From NCBI GenBank assembly GCA_043823745.1, contig JBDRAN010000028.1, positions 3,116-67,115 on the forward strand: DNA of 64,000 nt, given 5' to 3'. How positions within the stretch are numbered: position 1 is the stretch's first letter; each line of letters begins with the position of its first letter. Below are positions 9,937 through 20,538 of the stretch, piece by piece. A program made the translations under genes and the position numbers. The DNA is from Candidatus Omnitrophota bacterium. Lineage in GTDB: Bacteria > Omnitrophota > Gorgyraeia > Duberdicusellales > 4484-171. Under the pieces are notes generated by a model. That model searched no databases. It saw only the letters and a program-made list of their open reading frames with translations, and was not told the DNA's origin.

Positions 9937-10179
9937 ATGCAAGCGATTTTTAGAGGTAAAACATACGGTGCCATATCGGTTGGCGAGCGAGGACAGATTG
10001 TGATTCCGGCCCAGTTGCGGAATGAGTTAAAGATAAGATCAGGGGATCGGCTCATGGTTTTTGCCAAGCCTGATCGAAGAGTAATTAGCCTTATGCCGGA
10101 GCGAGACTTCAGCCAATTTATAAAAAAAGCGGCTAAAGTAATCGATAAACTGGAAAAAGGCGTGTTAAAAAAACGATAA
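9937..10179 (+). CDS. AbrB/MazE (SpoVT-AbrB) family DNA-binding protein.
   Basis: It contains GQIVIPAQLRNELKIRSGDRL, typical of a swapped-hairpin beta-barrel. It is 80 aa and sits directly upstream of the efflux operon. Confidence 0.65.
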   Translation: MQAIFRGKTYGAISVGERGQIVIPAQLRNELKIRSGDRLMVFAKPDRRVISLMPERDFSQFIKKAAKVIDKLEKGVLKKR

Positions 10180-10189
10180 TCATATCGGT

Positions 10190-11479
10190 ATGCCTCGAAT
10201 TACGCGTTCTTCTTTATTATTTGTATTTTTGTGCGTCGGGATTCCTTTGACTGGGCATTGTGATGAGGCCATGACCTGGCAGGATTGCATTAAGGAAGCG
10301 CAGAAGTACCATCCTGATCTGATTTCCGCAGAAGAAAACGTCAAGCAATCGCAGGCAAATAAAAATATTGCCGCAAGCGGTCTTTTCCCGCAGGTTTCAA
10401 GCTCCATCAGCGCTACTATCAAAGATACCAATGCTTACTCGGCAGGCAATAAAACCCACACGGTGGCTGATACCTATAAATATGGCGGAACGGTAACGCA
10501 GCTTATTTTTGACAGTTTCAAAACCAGCTCTCATGTTAAGGCCGCCCGCGAAAATGTAAAAGCGGCTCGGTATAATTACCGTTTTACCTCATCGCAGGTG
10601 CGTTTTCGTTTACGTACCGCGTTTGTCGATCTTCTGAAAGCCCAGGAGGCAGTCACGATTGCCCAGGAAATCTATAAAATACGAAAGAGTAACCTGGACT
10701 TAATTTCTTTGCGTTACGACTCCGGTATTGAACATAAAGGAGCATTATTGACCGCCCAGGCGAATCTTGCCGAAGCAGAATTCGAAATTAGTCAAGCGCG
10801 CCGAGCGCTTGAAGTGGCACAGCGGGAGCTTCTTAAAGAAATCGGTAGAGAAAAGTTTTCAGCGCTTCGCGCAATTGGGGAATTGAGTGTTTCAAGCAAA
10901 GACTGCCAGAAGCCTGACTTTGAAGCTTTGGCGGACAATACGCCCACATTGCGAAAATTGATTGCCCAGCGTATTGCCGCTCGCTACGGAATACGAAGTG
11001 CGCAGGCAAATTTTTTACCCGAATTAAGCGCGCAAGGAGGCATCGCAAGGAGCGGCAACCGGTGGCCCACAACAAGCAGGGAATGGTCTGCGGGGCTTAC
11101 TTTGTCATTACCCTTATTTGAAGGAGGCCTGCGCCTTGCGGAACTTGCGGGCGCTCGAGCCGTTTTTAATCAGGCAAAAGCTGACGAACGAAGCGCAAAG
11201 GCAGGGATTATCCTTACGCTTGCGCAGCAATGGGCGGCGTTTCGGGATGCCGCCGAGACGGTAGAAGTGCAAAATAAATTTCTTGTTGCCGCCGAGGCAC
11301 GCGCTAAAATCGCCGAGGAACAATATTCGTTAGGATTGCTGCAATTTGATAACTGGACGATTATCGAGGATACTCTGGTCAGCGCCAAAAAGAGTTTTCT
11401 AAATGCCCAGACGAATGCCTTGTTGGCCCAGGCGAATTGGATCCAGGCGAAAGGAGAGACGTTGGAATATGTTGAATAA
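10190..11479 (+). CDS. TolC-family outer membrane efflux protein.
   Basis: It is 429 aa with a signal peptide, an internal tandem duplication and coiled-coil-rich segments, which fits the outer membrane factor (OMF) family. Confidence 0.75.
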   Translation: MPRITRSSLLFVFLCVGIPLTGHCDEAMTWQDCIKEAQKYHPDLISAEENVKQSQANKNIAASGLFPQVSSSISATIKDTNAYSAGNKTHTVADTYKYGGTVTQLIFDSFKTSSHVKAARENVKAARYNYRFTSSQVRFRLRTAFVDLLKAQEAVTIAQEIYKIRKSNLDLISLRYDSGIEHKGALLTAQANLAEAEFEISQARRALEVAQRELLKEIGREKFSALRAIGELSVSSKDCQKPDFEALADNTPTLRKLIAQRIAARYGIRSAQANFLPELSAQGGIARSGNRWPTTSREWSAGLTLSLPLFEGGLRLAELAGARAVFNQAKADERSAKAGIILTLAQQWAAFRDAAETVEVQNKFLVAAEARAKIAEEQYSLGLLQFDNWTIIEDTLVSAKKSFLNAQTNALLAQANWIQAKGETLEYVE

Positions 11480-12425
11480 AAAAATGCGGTTATTGTTTAT
11501 CATGGCGGTGGTGGTGATTATTGCGGTGGTATCGATAGCTAAGGCTATGCAGAAGAAAGCATCCGGTGACATTATTAAGGAAATACAACCGGTTATGAGT
11601 TCTATTAAAACGTTTATATCATGTACCGGGACCGTGTTGCCTAAGAATCGTTTGGAAATAAAACCACCGGTAAACGGAAGAATAGAACGTATTTTGGTTA
11701 AGGAAGGTGAGAAGGTAACCATAGGGCAGGTTCTTGTTTTGATGAGCTCGACTGAAAGGGCAGCGCTCCTGGATGCCGCGCGTGGTAAGGGCGAAGCTGC
11801 TTTTGCGTATTGGGAGGAGACGTATAAACCAATACCGTTGCCGGCACCTATTGACGGTGAAGTGATCGTAGCGACTACGCAACCAGGTCAAACCGTGACA
11901 ACCGCTGATGCGGCGGTGGTATTGTCTGATCATCTCATCGTCCGAGCGCAGGTTGATGAGACCGATATCGGAAAGATTGTATTGGGAATGAAGGCGATTA
12001 TCACGCTTGATGCCTATCCGGATGTAAAAATAAAAGCATCCGTTGAACATATGTATTACGAATCGAAAACAGTAAACAACGTAACTATGTATGAAGTGGA
12101 CCTGGTTCCGGAAAATGTACCTCAATTTTTCCGTTCGGGAATGAATGCTTCCGTTGATTTTGTACACCATGACAAAAAAAATATCTTAGTCATTCCGGTT
12201 GAGGCAGTGCATACGGATAATGGCGAATCGTATGTTTTATCAAAGCAGAAAAACAATACAGGGCCCGTAAAAACGAAGGTAGCATTAGGAGTCTCCGATG
12301 ATAAGAATGTAGAAGTAATCTCCGGAATTACTGAGGATAGCCGGATTATGGTTAAGTCGAAACGGTACGCGCTTCCTCAGAATGCTGCCGGAAAGAATCC
12401 GTTTATGCCTGGCCGGTCGCGATGA
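11469..12425 (+). CDS. macA: Periplasmic adaptor subunit (MacA/HlyD family).
   Basis: It has an N-terminal TM anchor and then a lipoyl/beta-barrel adaptor fold. The likely start, ATG 11469, overlaps the TolC stop. Confidence 0.7.
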   Translation: MLNKKMRLLFIMAVVVIIAVVSIAKAMQKKASGDIIKEIQPVMSSIKTFISCTGTVLPKNRLEIKPPVNGRIERILVKEGEKVTIGQVLVLMSSTERAALLDAARGKGEAAFAYWEETYKPIPLPAPIDGEVIVATTQPGQTVTTADAAVVLSDHLIVRAQVDETDIGKIVLGMKAIITLDAYPDVKIKASVEHMYYESKTVNNVTMYEVDLVPENVPQFFRSGMNASVDFVHHDKKNILVIPVEAVHTDNGESYVLSKQKNNTGPVKTKVALGVSDDKNVEVISGITEDSRIMVKSKRYALPQNAAGKNPFMPGRSR

Positions 12426-14395
12426 TGATTAAAGTAGATACGATACATAAAACATATCATATGGGGGTTGTCGAGGTCCGCGCCTTGCAGGGTGTGTCGC
12501 TTGAGATTGCAACCGGAGAATTTGTGGCGATCATGGGTCCTTCAGGGTCGGGGAAGTCGACATTAATGCATATTCTTGGTCTTCTTGATAGGCCTGACGC
12601 CGGTGAGTTCTATCTGGGACAAAGGAAGATTAACGATCTTTCTGATGAGGAATTATCCGCGATCCGCAATCGGCTGGTTGGGTTTGTCTTCCAGCAATTT
12701 CATTTATTACCCCGGATGACGGCTTTAGAGAACGCCGAGTTACCGCTTATTTATGCGGGTAAACGGCATTTAAAAGAAAAAGCAGAGCGGAGGATCCAAG
12801 AGGTCGGGCTCGCCACACGAATGGATCACCGGCCGAATGAGCTTTCCGGAGGCCAGCAGCAGCGGGTTGCGATCGCCCGGTCACTTGTCAATGACCCGTT
12901 AATTATTATGGCTGATGAGCCGACAGGAAACCTTGACTCAAAAAGCCAGGAAGAGATTATGGCCATCCTTGAAAATTTAAATCAAAAAGGAAAGACCATT
13001 ATTATGGTTACGCACGAAAAGGAAGTCGCGGCGCACGCGAGGCGCATCATACATATGCGCGATGGGCGTATTACTTCTGATGAGAAATCGTACACCTCTT
13101 CTCAATCGCCCGAAGAAAATCAGGCAGATGCGATCATCGATGTGGTTTTATCGAAGTCTGAAAGAAAGGCCAGGCAAACTGAGTTCTGGGATTATCTGCA
13201 CCAGGCAGCAGGCGCCATGGTATCGCATAAAATGCGTTCGTTTTTATCTATCCTGGGCATACTCATCGGGGTAGCTGCGGTTATCGCTATGCTTGCGGTC
13301 GGCCAGGGAGCGAAAGAATCGATCGAGAAACAGTTGGCGGGGCTTGGCTCTAATCTTTTAGTGGTCAGGCCCGGCTCTGCAAGGGTCCACGGGGTAGCCA
13401 TGGAGTCCGGGGCAGTAACACGTTTTACCTTACAGGATGTTGCGTCTATCGCTAAACTGAGCGATGTGGTAAAGAGGGCGAGCCCCTCGGTAGCCGGCAG
13501 AGGCCAGATGGTATATGGAAATAAAAACTGGAATACGCGGGTTGAGGGAGTAGGAGTTGATTATGCCCAGATGCGCGCCGCAAAGCCGGAAATAGGAAGA
13601 TTTTTTACCGACGACGAGGTTAAAACGAGGGAAAAGGTTATTTTGCTCGGGACCACGGTGGCTCGGGAGCTTTTTGGAGATGCGAATCCTCTGGGCGAAA
13701 CAATAAAATTGAACTTGGGTAATTTTAGGGTCATCGGGATACTGCCTTCAAAAGGAGCGAATACGTTTCACGACCAGGACGACACGGCAATCATCCCCAT
13801 CACGACCGCCATGTTCAGGGTTTTCGGTAAGGAATACGTTGACTCTATCAATGTAGAGGCAAAAAGTGCTGATCTCATTGATGCTGCGCAGGCCGCCATA
13901 TCCGGACTTATCATAAAAGAGCACCGTTTAAGCAGTAAGGACGCAGAAGATTCGTTCCAGATCCGTAACATGTCAGACATTAAAGATACGCTTGAGGCTA
14001 CCACTAAAACAATGTCGTTGCTCCTGGGGTCAATTGCCGCTATTTCGCTTTTAGTCGGAGGCATCGGCATTATGAATATCATGCTGGTATCGGTTACCGA
14101 ACGCACGCGCGAAATCGGTTTACGTAAGGCGATCGGCGCCACCAATAAAGATGTGATGGTGCAATTTCTTATTGAGGCGATTCTTATGTCGCTTATCGGC
14201 GGCGCCGGCGGCATCGTCTTGGGGACAGGGATATCGTTTCTTATAACTCTTTTTGCCGGCTGGACCGTGAGTGTTTCTTCGTCTTCAATTATTCTTGCCA
14301 CAACTTTTTCGTTAATGATTGGCGTAATTTTTGGCCTTATGCCGGCGCAAAAAGCCTCGCGGCTTGACCCTATAGAGGCTTTGCGGTATGAATAA
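12422..14395 (+). CDS. macB: MacB-type ABC transporter, with ATPase and FtsX-like permease domains fused.
   Basis: It has Walker [10 protein letters not shown], the signature [13 protein letters not shown] and Walker [15 protein letters not shown]-terminal 4-TM FtsX domain follows. The ATGA overlap with macA suggests coupling. Confidence 0.85.
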   Translation: MMIKVDTIHKTYHMGVVEVRALQGVSLEIATGEFVAIMGPSGSGKSTLMHILGLLDRPDAGEFYLGQRKINDLSDEELSAIRNRLVGFVFQQFHLLPRMTALENAELPLIYAGKRHLKEKAERRIQEVGLATRMDHRPNELSGGQQQRVAIARSLVNDPLIIMADEPTGNLDSKSQEEIMAILENLNQKGKTIIMVTHEKEVAAHARRIIHMRDGRITSDEKSYTSSQSPEENQADAIIDVVLSKSERKARQTEFWDYLHQAAGAMVSHKMRSFLSILGILIGVAAVIAMLAVGQGAKESIEKQLAGLGSNLLVVRPGSARVHGVAMESGAVTRFTLQDVASIAKLSDVVKRASPSVAGRGQMVYGNKNWNTRVEGVGVDYAQMRAAKPEIGRFFTDDEVKTREKVILLGTTVARELFGDANPLGETIKLNLGNFRVIGILPSKGANTFHDQDDTAIIPITTAMFRVFGKEYVDSINVEAKSADLIDAAQAAISGLIIKEHRLSSKDAEDSFQIRNMSDIKDTLEATTKTMSLLLGSIAAISLLVGGIGIMNIMLVSVTERTREIGLRKAIGATNKDVMVQFLIEAILMSLIGGAGGIVLGTGISFLITLFAGWTVSVSSSSIILATTFSLMIGVIFGLMPAQKASRLDPIEALRYE

Positions 14396-14615
14396 TACCC
14401 TTTTTATTCTTGTGGGTACTACGAGCGCTTGATGCGCGGTCGCGACAATTGCGTAACAGCCGTTCGTTATTGACGCAGTCACGATAAAGAAATTTTTGCC
14501 GGCTGATAGCGGTTTTACTTTCTATCGCGCGGGTGTTATTGTATGGTATACTGGTTTTCTTTGGGAGTACGAAAAGAGCCCTTATTGAAGAAATAATATA
14601 TACGGAGTACCTGAT

Positions 14616-15332
14616 ATGCGCAGCGTACTGAATGTTTTATTAGGTGTTATCTGCAGTATTGCGGTAGGATACTGCACCGGGCAACAGGTTTTTGCTTATG
14701 ACGGTACGGGTGAGAGAATTATTTACGTAATTTCTCCCTTTGGAACCGCTGAATATAACGATAAAGGGATCATAGAGCTTGAAGGTAAAGCGGTGCGCTT
14801 CACTACCTTTGAAACGCGCCTGACCGGATTCTCTGATTTAGAAAAGATCTATTCGGATGCGCAAAGCTTGTTGCCGTTGCGCGTAGAGCGGTTTGTTGCC
14901 TTTCCGATCGGAGCAGAATATCTGGTTGAGGAATATACCCCGGACGAAAACACGCTGGTTATAAACAAGTTTGTCGGAAAAAAGAAGGTCAAAGAATATC
15001 GTTATAAGGCCCAAGGACCGATGTATAACGCGATCATGCTCCCTTTTTATTTGCGCACGGTCCCGGATCTGGCTCTTGGGTGGTCGTTTCGCGCGCGGCT
15101 TCCCGTTCAATTCACGGTTACACTTTCCTCGATGGATGAGGTTATTGTCCCTGCCGGAACATTCCAGGCGTATCATTTTACGAGTGTACCGGCGAAATTT
15201 GAAATTTGGATCAGTGCCGATCAATATCGGATCCCTTTAAAAATAAAGGGATTAGGCGGGTATCGGTATACCTTATTTCTGAAAAAGTACTATCCTGCGA
15301 AAAAAAATACCCCACCGGCAGTTCCCGCTTAA
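14616..15332 (+). CDS. Hypothetical secreted protein (beta-rich, DUF3108-like).
   Basis: It has a signal peptide and an RBS (GGAG), and there are no competing ORFs. Confidence 0.5.
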   Translation: MRSVLNVLLGVICSIAVGYCTGQQVFAYDGTGERIIYVISPFGTAEYNDKGIIELEGKAVRFTTFETRLTGFSDLEKIYSDAQSLLPLRVERFVAFPIGAEYLVEEYTPDENTLVINKFVGKKKVKEYRYKAQGPMYNAIMLPFYLRTVPDLALGWSFRARLPVQFTVTLSSMDEVIVPAGTFQAYHFTSVPAKFEIWISADQYRIPLKIKGLGGYRYTLFLKKYYPAKKNTPPAVPA

Positions 15333-15417
15333 ATTTCCTTGCCTCTTGTGATATTGGGCTTATAATAAGTGAACGTGACCAGGTACGCATTACGCGTTGA
15401 AATGAAAAGGGGGGCGC

Positions 15418-15717
15418 TTGAAGAAGATTTTTTTTGTGTTTTTTTTATTAGCGGGAATTATCGGGTGCGCGCAGCCGGAACGCGCGGGTATTCACTCCGC
15501 GGCAGCTACGATCACGGGCAATTCCGCGAAAGAGGATCGAGCGGTTCGCGCAGCGCAGCGGCCCGCGGATACACCGGCCGTTACTGTTATTGTTTTGGAA
15601 AACGAACGGATCGCTGATGAGGGTAAGTGGGGACTTTCCGTTTATAATCCTTCAACGGGCGTTACCGAGTATTATACGAGCGGTGGCGTGTTTCTGGCAC
15701 GTAGGATGAGGAGTTAA
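15418..15717 (+). CDS. Hypothetical small lipoprotein.
   Basis: It has a signal peptide with the lipobox LLAGIIGC. Confidence 0.45.
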   Translation: MKKIFFVFFLLAGIIGCAQPERAGIHSAAATITGNSAKEDRAVRAAQRPADTPAVTVIVLENERIADEGKWGLSVYNPSTGVTEYYTSGGVFLARRMRS

Positions 15718-15735
15718 TTCAGAACGCTTTATGCT

Positions 15736-16548
15736 ATGCGTGTGTTAAAAGGAACAATTCAAACAGGACGATTCACTATACCGTACCGGCTTTATGACAA
15801 TGCCGGTCCGCGCATTATTTGCTTAAACGGTGTTCAACAATCGATGGCCATGTGGCAGACGTTTGTTCACCGGTTTGGCGACACATACGCAATCACCATT
15901 TTTGATTTTCCCAATCAAGGCAAGGGAGAGATTATTTCCGGTTCGCATTCGGTATCGCTCGATGAACAAATTGAAATTCTCGATGCCGTCATCAAGAAGA
16001 CGTTTCCTCACGGGCACCTGATTATGTGTTCCGCTTCCTGGGGCGGGGTGGTCGCAGCGGCCTATGCGGTGCGGCATCCGGCGCGCGTCAAAACATTGGT
16101 CCTGGCAAGCCTTGGAACGCGGCCCAACAAGAATATGGTTGAAACCATCAGGAGGGGAGCGCTGATTGCCGGTGAAAATCGCCGGGAAATGGCTGAAACC
16201 CTGATAAAAAGTTTCGGCGGAAATCTTCCTGATGCGATGAAAAACCGGATCATCGGCCAATTTGAGCGCATGAGCCAGGAATCATTGAGGGCGTTTTACG
16301 AACACGGTCTTTTTGTTATCTCGACGAAAGAGATAAACAAAGCGGTCAACGTGGGCGCTATCGCCTGCAGAACCATACTTTTAAACGGCGAAAAAGACAC
16401 CATTATTGATTTAGAGGACGTAAAATACCTCGCTGCCCAGATCCCTCATGCAGAATTAAGGATCATCAAAGACGTCGGGCATTTCCTGCATTTGGAAAAA
16501 GAGGAGATGCTGGATGTGTATGAGAATATTCTTGATTCATGTAAATAA
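15736..16548 (+). CDS. Alpha/beta-fold hydrolase.
   Basis: It has a nucleophile elbow, CSASWGG (GXSXG), and a C-terminal GHFLHLE histidine motif. Confidence 0.7.
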   Translation: MRVLKGTIQTGRFTIPYRLYDNAGPRIICLNGVQQSMAMWQTFVHRFGDTYAITIFDFPNQGKGEIISGSHSVSLDEQIEILDAVIKKTFPHGHLIMCSASWGGVVAAAYAVRHPARVKTLVLASLGTRPNKNMVETIRRGALIAGENRREMAETLIKSFGGNLPDAMKNRIIGQFERMSQESLRAFYEHGLFVISTKEINKAVNVGAIACRTILLNGEKDTIIDLEDVKYLAAQIPHAELRIIKDVGHFLHLEKEEMLDVYENILDSCK

Positions 16549-16607
16549 GAAATTGATTTGCTTCAAGCTACAGGCCGCAGCCCCGTTACTCATAATAATA
16601 TTATTAA

Positions 16608-16735
16608 GCTTCGGGGCGTCCCGCACCTAATTATATTACTATAGGAAACGGGACAGCACCCGTTTTCTTTAATTGTTTATCAAGGTTCGGGGCGTCCCGC
16701 ACCTAAATAAAATATTTAGGAAACGGGACAGGCTT
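16608..16735. repeat. Two tandem copies of a roughly 55-nt structured element, TTCGGGGCGTCCCGCACCTAA-N11-TAGGAAACGGGACAG, in the leader of the SMR pair.
   Basis: The copies lie at 16608-16665 and 16685-16735. Each has GTCCCG paired with CGGGAC, and the first ends in a hairpin followed by TTTTCTTT. Confidence 0.5.
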
Positions 16736-16761
16736 CAAGCCTCAGATTTGAATTCTATATA

Positions 16762-17169
16762 ATGAAAAAATTAACCTTTAAGATTTTTCTGCTTCTGATA
16801 CTGACAGATGTGCTTGAAACATCTTTGCAGTTTTGTTTCAAAAAGAGCGCCGTGTCTGCTCAAGGCGTAACGATTACCTCTAGCGGTGACCTCGCCGCCT
16901 TTATCGCAACGGTTATCGTTTCGCCTTTTTTGTGGCTGGCGCTAACCCTCGTGTTGGTTACTTTTCTTGTCTGGTCGTATGTCCTGACCAAGATTGATTT
17001 AAGCGTGGCAACTCCGGTGGCAAGCTTCAGCTATATCGGTGTACCTCTGGTGTCGATGGTATTTTTGCATGAGGTAATATCGCCGGTGCGCTGGGCAGGT
17101 ATTGTGCTTATACTGGTCGGCGTTGTGCTGGTTTCGGTAAGCGCCCGAAGTAAGAAGGTTTTGGCATGA
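16762..17169 (+). CDS. Small 4-TM transporter subunit of the SMR/EamA-like family (ArnE/Gdx-like).
   Basis: It is 135 aa with four TM helices. Its stop overlaps the start of the next gene (ATGA). Confidence 0.6.
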   Translation: MKKLTFKIFLLLILTDVLETSLQFCFKKSAVSAQGVTITSSGDLAAFIATVIVSPFLWLALTLVLVTFLVWSYVLTKIDLSVATPVASFSYIGVPLVSMVFLHEVISPVRWAGIVLILVGVVLVSVSARSKKVLA

Positions 17170-17546
17170 GCCACAATATTTTTTTAATAATCGGTCTTAT
17201 TTTTGCTACGGATCTTTTCGATACCACCTGTCAGTTGATCCTTAAATCAAGCATCAACAGGCTCGGTATTCATGTTAATAGTTTCAAATCTGCATGTATC
17301 TTTATCGGTAGGCTTATGTGTATCCCGCGGGTTTGGCTTGGGTTTTTATTCAGCACTATTTCGCTTATGCTCTGGCTCGTTGTTCTCTCCCGCGCAGACC
17401 TTAATCTTTCGTTTTCCCTTGACAGCATGCGCTATATTTTAATTGCCTTCGCTTCCGCCGCAATCCTTAGAGAAAGGATTGATCCCTTGCGCTGGGTCGG
17501 TATTTTTTGCGTTGTCTCGGGGATCACGCTTGTTGCTGTGGGGTAG
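17166..17546 (+). CDS. Small 4-TM transporter subunit, SMR/EamA-like, forming a heterodimer with the upstream gene.
   Basis: It is 126 aa with four TM helices and is translationally coupled to the gene before it. Confidence 0.6.
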   Translation: MSHNIFLIIGLIFATDLFDTTCQLILKSSINRLGIHVNSFKSACIFIGRLMCIPRVWLGFLFSTISLMLWLVVLSRADLNLSFSLDSMRYILIAFASAAILRERIDPLRWVGIFCVVSGITLVAVG

Positions 17547-17595
17547 CGATTGGGGACGTCCGCGTACGCTCGGATGTTGGACGATTACAGATAGA

Positions 17596-17680
17596 GAAGG
17601 CGTATTGAGTACAGAGTATTGAGTATTGTGCAGGGAATAGAAATAATATTTAGTAAACTCAATACCCAATACTCGATACT
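17596..17680. repeat. Palindromic repeat family A, copy A1 (AGTATTGAGTA arms, with the core AAACTCAATACCCAATACTC).
   Basis: The inverted arms GTATTGAGTA...GAGTATTGAGTATTG and CAATACCCAATACTCGATAC are visible directly. The same 20-mer occurs at about 36335 and about 42892. Confidence 0.6.
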
Positions 17681-17785
17681 TTTAATTAACTGTGGCGTAA
17701 GCTAATTCGCGGAAATTCGCGTTCCTCAATTAGCGGCAATTCGCGTTTAGCTACTTACTACTTAAAAATTGCACCAGGAGAGCCC

Positions 17786-18916
17786 TTGAATCTTCGCACC
17801 ATTGTTGTACGAAAAATTGAAGAAATTCCCCCCAAAGACTGGCTGGCTGTATTTCCGCACGTACTTGAAAATTATTATTTCTTTAAAACCCTCGATGAGT
17901 CAAGCATTGATCAGTTTTCTTTATCCTATATTATGGTTTATGACGGCGATACGCCGATAGGAGCCACCTCATGCTTCCTGATGCGTTTCCCCCTGCACAT
18001 AACGGTTACGGGCTTTCTACGAAAGTTCTATGAGGGCCTCAATAAAATTTTTCACGATCTTTTAACCCCGCGGGTATTGATGTGCGGGCTTCCGATGGGC
18101 CAAGGCAGGATCGGTGTCCGCGGCGAGCCGGCTCGCGTTATTGAGGTGATCCGTGTCGCCCTCGATGAGATTGCTTCGAGAGAAAAAGCTTCGTTGATCA
18201 TTTTTAAGGATTTTGTCGCCGCCTATGATTCTTTACTCGCACCTCTGACCAAGCGGGGTTTTTCAAAGATTGAGAGCCTTCCGTCAACGGGAATGAAGAT
18301 ATCCTGGAAGAGTTTTGATGAATATTTGAAGTCACTCAGTCGCGTCTCACGTGATGGCTTAAAAAGAAAATATAAGAAAACCGATGCCGCAGTAAAAATT
18401 GAGTGCGAAGAGCTTGGCGCGCTTGATGAGTCTACCGTCAGCGAAGTGTACGGCCTTTATATGCAAACGTTTATCAAGCTTGATATGGGGTTTGAGAAAT
18501 TGACGCCGGAATTTTTCAGACACGTTTCCGTGAATATGCCGCGCGAGGTAAAATATTTTCTTTGGAGGATAGACGGTAAGCTTGTGACCTTTGCGCTTGG
18601 TTTGGTTTCGGGAGATTATTTTATTGATTATTATCTTGGGTTTGATTACGGCGTGGCTCACGAATACAATTTGTATTTTATCCGGTTTCGTGACTTGCTT
18701 CGGTGGTGTATTCGAAACGGTATTGCTTATTATGAGATGGGCGTGACAACGTATGAGCCTAAGCGTCGCCTTGGTTTTGATTTTATCCGCCTGTATTTTT
18801 ACATGAAGCACCGCAACCGGTTCATCAATTTTTTCTTTGGCTTCTTCAGCCACTTCTTCAAGCCCGAGAACTTTGATTCTGTTTTTGACGATATGGAAGA
18901 AGAGAAGCCATCGTAG
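17786..18916 (+). CDS. GNAT-fold N-acyltransferase of the DUF482/FemAB-like type (COG3146).
   Basis: It is 376 aa, the right length and composition for that family. The start is a TTG. Confidence 0.45.
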   Translation: MNLRTIVVRKIEEIPPKDWLAVFPHVLENYYFFKTLDESSIDQFSLSYIMVYDGDTPIGATSCFLMRFPLHITVTGFLRKFYEGLNKIFHDLLTPRVLMCGLPMGQGRIGVRGEPARVIEVIRVALDEIASREKASLIIFKDFVAAYDSLLAPLTKRGFSKIESLPSTGMKISWKSFDEYLKSLSRVSRDGLKRKYKKTDAAVKIECEELGALDESTVSEVYGLYMQTFIKLDMGFEKLTPEFFRHVSVNMPREVKYFLWRIDGKLVTFALGLVSGDYFIDYYLGFDYGVAHEYNLYFIRFRDLLRWCIRNGIAYYEMGVTTYEPKRRLGFDFIRLYFYMKHRNRFINFFFGFFSHFFKPENFDSVFDDMEEEKPS

Positions 18917-19101
18917 AACGCCCGCCAGCAATAGTTGGCGAGGTCTCGCCCGAAGGCGGATGGGACTCAGCACTCAATACTCAATATGGTTTTTATACTA
19001 TGCGCTAAATCGGGGATACGGATGATAGATTCCTTTGACTTTTCCTGCCGGAGTGCTATAATTCTTTCGCTCGTCAGGTTATCTAACGATGCAATGTACC
19101 C

Positions 19102-20373
19102 ATGACCCATCACGTTACTCCACATAATCATCCTTCCGCGGCCTCCCCTCAGCCAACGGCAACGTTCTATGGCCTCGGTATCGCGCCTAAAATTCTTGAT
19201 ATTCTTGAACGTATCAAGTTTACGATCCCCACGCCTATTCAAACCAAAGCAATTCCTTTGGCAATTCAGGGGCAAGATATCGTTGGTATCGCGCAAACAG
19301 GTACTGGTAAGACCCATGCCTTCGCAATCCCTATGGTGCAGCACTTAGCACAGGGAAAAGGCAAGGGGCTTGTGCTTGCTCCTACGCGTGAGCTTGCGAT
19401 TCAAATTGATGAAGCGTTCAAGCCTCTGGCACAGGCATTTGGTATGTATACGGCCTGTCTCATCGGAGGAGCTCCCATGGAATCCCAAATTGCAGCGCTC
19501 CATAAAAAACCGCGTGTAATTATCGCGACGCCCGGAAGGCTTATTGATCATATTTGGCGGGGGAAGGTGTTGACAGATGATGTGGTAATGCTTGTGCTCG
19601 ATGAAGCGGATCGGATGCTTGATATGGGTTTTGCTCCTCAAATTGAACAGATTTTACGTTTTCTGCCGCGTGAGCGACAGACTATGCTTTTTTCCGCGAC
19701 GATCCCTAAGGAAATCATGATTATCGCGACGCAGCACATGAAGCTTCCCATAAGTGTTGAAGTAGCTCCCTCAGGAACTACCGCGGAGCGCGTTACCCAG
19801 GAGCTCTTTATCGTGCGTAGGGAAGCTAAGCTTAAATTGTTGCATAGCGTGTTGGCGCACTATCATGGTTCCGTTCTTTTATTTTCCCGCACCAAACACG
19901 GCGCCACTAAAATTGCCCGTAGTATCAGGGATATGCGCCACAGCGCCGCTGAAATACATTCCGACAGAACTCTGGGGCAGCGCAGACAGGCGCTTGAGGG
20001 TTTTAAGACAGGTAAATACCGGATACTGGTTGCTACCGATATCGCTGCCCGGGGCATTGATGTAACCGGGATTGAGCTGGTGATTAATTACGATCTCCCC
20101 GACGATGCGCAAAATTACGTGCATCGAATCGGACGCACCGGACGGGCAGGCTGTAAGGGGCATGCGATTTCTTTTGCTACACCTGAACAGAGCGATGAGG
20201 TGCGAGCGATAGAGAATGTTATCAGGGCAAACCTGCCTATTTCCCGTAATCCTGGATCTGCGCCCGAACAATTCAGCGAAGTACCACGCGTGCACCCTGC
20301 ACGGCGTTTTTCTTCCCACAACCGGAACCCACGTCAGAATTTCCACAGGCGTCCCGGTTCGTCGTCTCATTAA
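19102..20373 (+). CDS. DEAD-box ATP-dependent RNA helicase.
   Basis: It has the Q-motif, AQTGTGKT, VLDEADRMLDMGF, SAT and HRIGRTGRAG, plus a basic C-terminal tail. Confidence 0.85.
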   Translation: MTHHVTPHNHPSAASPQPTATFYGLGIAPKILDILERIKFTIPTPIQTKAIPLAIQGQDIVGIAQTGTGKTHAFAIPMVQHLAQGKGKGLVLAPTRELAIQIDEAFKPLAQAFGMYTACLIGGAPMESQIAALHKKPRVIIATPGRLIDHIWRGKVLTDDVVMLVLDEADRMLDMGFAPQIEQILRFLPRERQTMLFSATIPKEIMIIATQHMKLPISVEVAPSGTTAERVTQELFIVRREAKLKLLHSVLAHYHGSVLLFSRTKHGATKIARSIRDMRHSAAEIHSDRTLGQRRQALEGFKTGKYRILVATDIAARGIDVTGIELVINYDLPDDAQNYVHRIGRTGRAGCKGHAISFATPEQSDEVRAIENVIRANLPISRNPGSAPEQFSEVPRVHPARRFSSHNRNPRQNFHRRPGSSSH

Positions 20374-20538
20374 CAAATCGTTACTCCGAATCCCATCAGA
20401 AAAACCGCTTTTTTTAAGGGGTTGTGTCCAGCCCGTCAAAAAAATGGGTTGTGATTTTTTCTTCGGATGGTCCTTTATTTAAATAAAATAAATTGATTTG
20501 TAGTGATAAAAGGCTGGGTACGTAATTTTAATTAGACG

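Noticed and set aside
16608-16735. Assignment of the SMR leader as a guanidine-II (mini-ykkC) riboswitch.
   Set aside because: Mini-ykkC requires two short GC-stem hairpins capped by ACGR tetraloops. The loops here are GCGT or ACAGCA, so only a generic 'candidate cis-regulatory RNA' call is kept.
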